Shown here: one piece after another, positions 62,912-64,000 of the stretch | Layout of the letters: the number at the start of each line of letters is the position of its first letter | Position numbering within the stretch: the stretch's first letter is position 1 | Assembly: GCA_963792415.1 (NCBI GenBank) | Contig: CAWBVY010000001.1 | Location: 320,001-384,000, forward strand | Direction of reading: 5' to 3' | Length of the DNA: 64,000 nt | DNA from: Candidatus Deferrimicrobiaceae bacterium | Lineage (GTDB): Bacteria; Desulfobacterota; Deferrimicrobia; Deferrimicrobiales; Deferrimicrobiaceae | Notes under the pieces: generated by a model | Seen by the model: only the letters and a program-made list of their open reading frames with translations | Databases searched by the model: none | Told to the model about the DNA's origin: nothing | Position numbers and translations under genes: made by a program

Positions 62912-64000
62912 ATGACGGCACTGGCTGAACTCTCGCCCCTGGAACACTCCTACGATCAGGCGCGAGAAGAATTTGAGAATATCGTAGGGCATCTTGACTC
63001 TAAAGAGGCCTCTGGGATGACCCACAGCGAACTTGAGCGCGAGCTTGAAAAGAAGGGTCGGGAGCTGATGCGCATGCTGCTGCAGGAGCACCTTGATAAC
63101 CGCGGCCCCGGCCAATGCGACCAACCGGTTTGCGGTGTAGACGGTCAAGAGCGATCGCGGATGCGTCTTCAGAAGCGAAAGCTGGAAACGGTGTTTGGAA
63201 CTGTCTCGATAGAGCGAGCCGGATACGATCAGCAAGGGGTAAAGAGTCTGCATCCTTTGGATGCTGAGCTCAACCTGCCCGATGAGCGCTACTCTCTTGA
63301 GATGCGCCGCCGCGTGGCCGAAGAAGCCGCCAAGAGTTCCTTTGACGAAACACTGGAGAGCATTGGCAAAAACACCGGCGGCCATGTCCCCAAGCGCCAG
63401 GTCGAAGAGTTGGTGATGCGAGCGGCCCGGGACTTCGACGCCTTTTACCAGACGCGCCAGGCGCTGCCCGGCGAGGCTCAAGGCGCCGGTTCGGTATTGG
63501 CCATCAGCGTCGATGGTAAAGGTGTGACGATGCGAACTCAGGACCTGCGGGAGCAGACCCGCAAAGCCGCCGAGGTGCGTGCACACAAAATGGGTACGCG
63601 GCTGTCCAAGGGGGAAAAGAAAAATTCCAAGCGCATGGCCACCGTGGCCGCTGTCTATACGATTGCGCCGTTTGTGCGAACGGCCGAGGAGCTGGTTGGC
63701 AACAGCAGTTCCCCCCATCCCGGCCCGCCACGCCCCCGGCCGGAGCAAAAGCGTGTCTGGGCAAGTCTCGAGAAAGAACCCGAACAGGTCATTGAAGAAG
63801 CGTTGGCCGAAGCCCGCCATCGAGACCCGACCGATAAGAAGACCTGGGTTGCGCTGGTCGATGGCAATAAGAGTCAAATCCGCATCCTGAAACGCCTGGC
63901 AAAAAAGAACGGCCTTGATCTTACGATCATTGTCGATTTGATCCACGTCATCGAGTACCTGTGGGATGCCGGAAGGGTCGATTCACCCTGCCTCCGGGTC
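62912..64000 (+). CDS. ISKra4 family transposase (partial)
   Basis: Manual translation: HSELERELEKKGRELMR.LLQEHL, TVFG, LHPLDAELNLP, SVDGKGV.MR, WVALVDG, DLIHVIEYLW. Confidence 0.85.
   Translation, partial: MTALAELSPLEHSYDQAREEFENIVGHLDSKEASGMTHSELERELEKKGRELMRMLLQEHLDNRGPGQCDQPVCGVDGQERSRMRLQKRKLETVFGTVSIERAGYDQQGVKSLHPLDAELNLPDERYSLEMRRRVAEEAAKSSFDETLESIGKNTGGHVPKRQVEELVMRAARDFDAFYQTRQALPGEAQGAGSVLAISVDGKGVTMRTQDLREQTRKAAEVRAHKMGTRLSKGEKKNSKRMATVAAVYTIAPFVRTAEELVGNSSSPHPGPPRPRPEQKRVWASLEKEPEQVIEEALAEARHRDPTDKKTWVALVDGNKSQIRILKRLAKKNGLDLTIIVDLIHVIEYLWDAGRVDSPCLRV

Larger units (their letters stand above)
61906..64000 (+). mobile_element. ISKra4-family element with passenger gene (left end inferred; right end outside window)
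   Basis: Shift to higher GC after gagagtgg at 61906; DUF4338 gene then transposase. Confidence 0.6.

Noticed and set aside
62540-63946. 468-aa minus-strand ORF
   Set aside because: Antisense shadow of the plus-strand transposase
1-64000. tRNA, rRNA or known riboswitch
   Set aside because: None recognised by eye; an Rfam/tRNAscan search was not possible

Overview
The window has two compositionally different halves. Left half (1 to ~27.4 kb, very GC-rich, mostly minus strand): a catabolic operon (CoA-transferase, 2-oxoacid dehydrogenase E1 alpha/beta, Liv-type ABC transporter, SDR, acyl-CoA ligase, 4-hydroxybutyryl-CoA dehydratase, aldehyde dehydrogenase), lpxH, a CsgG/DUF4810/DUF799 lipoprotein cluster, two toxin-antitoxin (TA) pairs each nested inside a broken ORF6N gene, a subtilase/FN3/free-propeptide module and a UDP-glucuronate decarboxylase. 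Right half (~27.5 to 64 kb, plus strand, many apparent frameshifts that are probably read errors): a Wzx/Wzc-type polysaccharide locus, a ~9.7 kb DUF4082/Ig-like multidomain gene, and a DUF4338 gene plus an ISKra4-family transposase at the edge. The most striking signal is in the right-half intergenic spaces. Most hold elements with one architecture: periodic terminal inverted repeat, AT spacer, ~12-14 bp hairpin, variable cargo, hairpin, terminal repeat. Hairpin stems change in sequence between copies but keep pairing. Several elements start a few bases after a host stop codon, and they carry GxxExxY nuclease-like genes, TA genes or nothing. This is a candidate GxxExxY-associated mobile element or cassette system. 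All family assignments come from motif recognition by eye, not from database searches.
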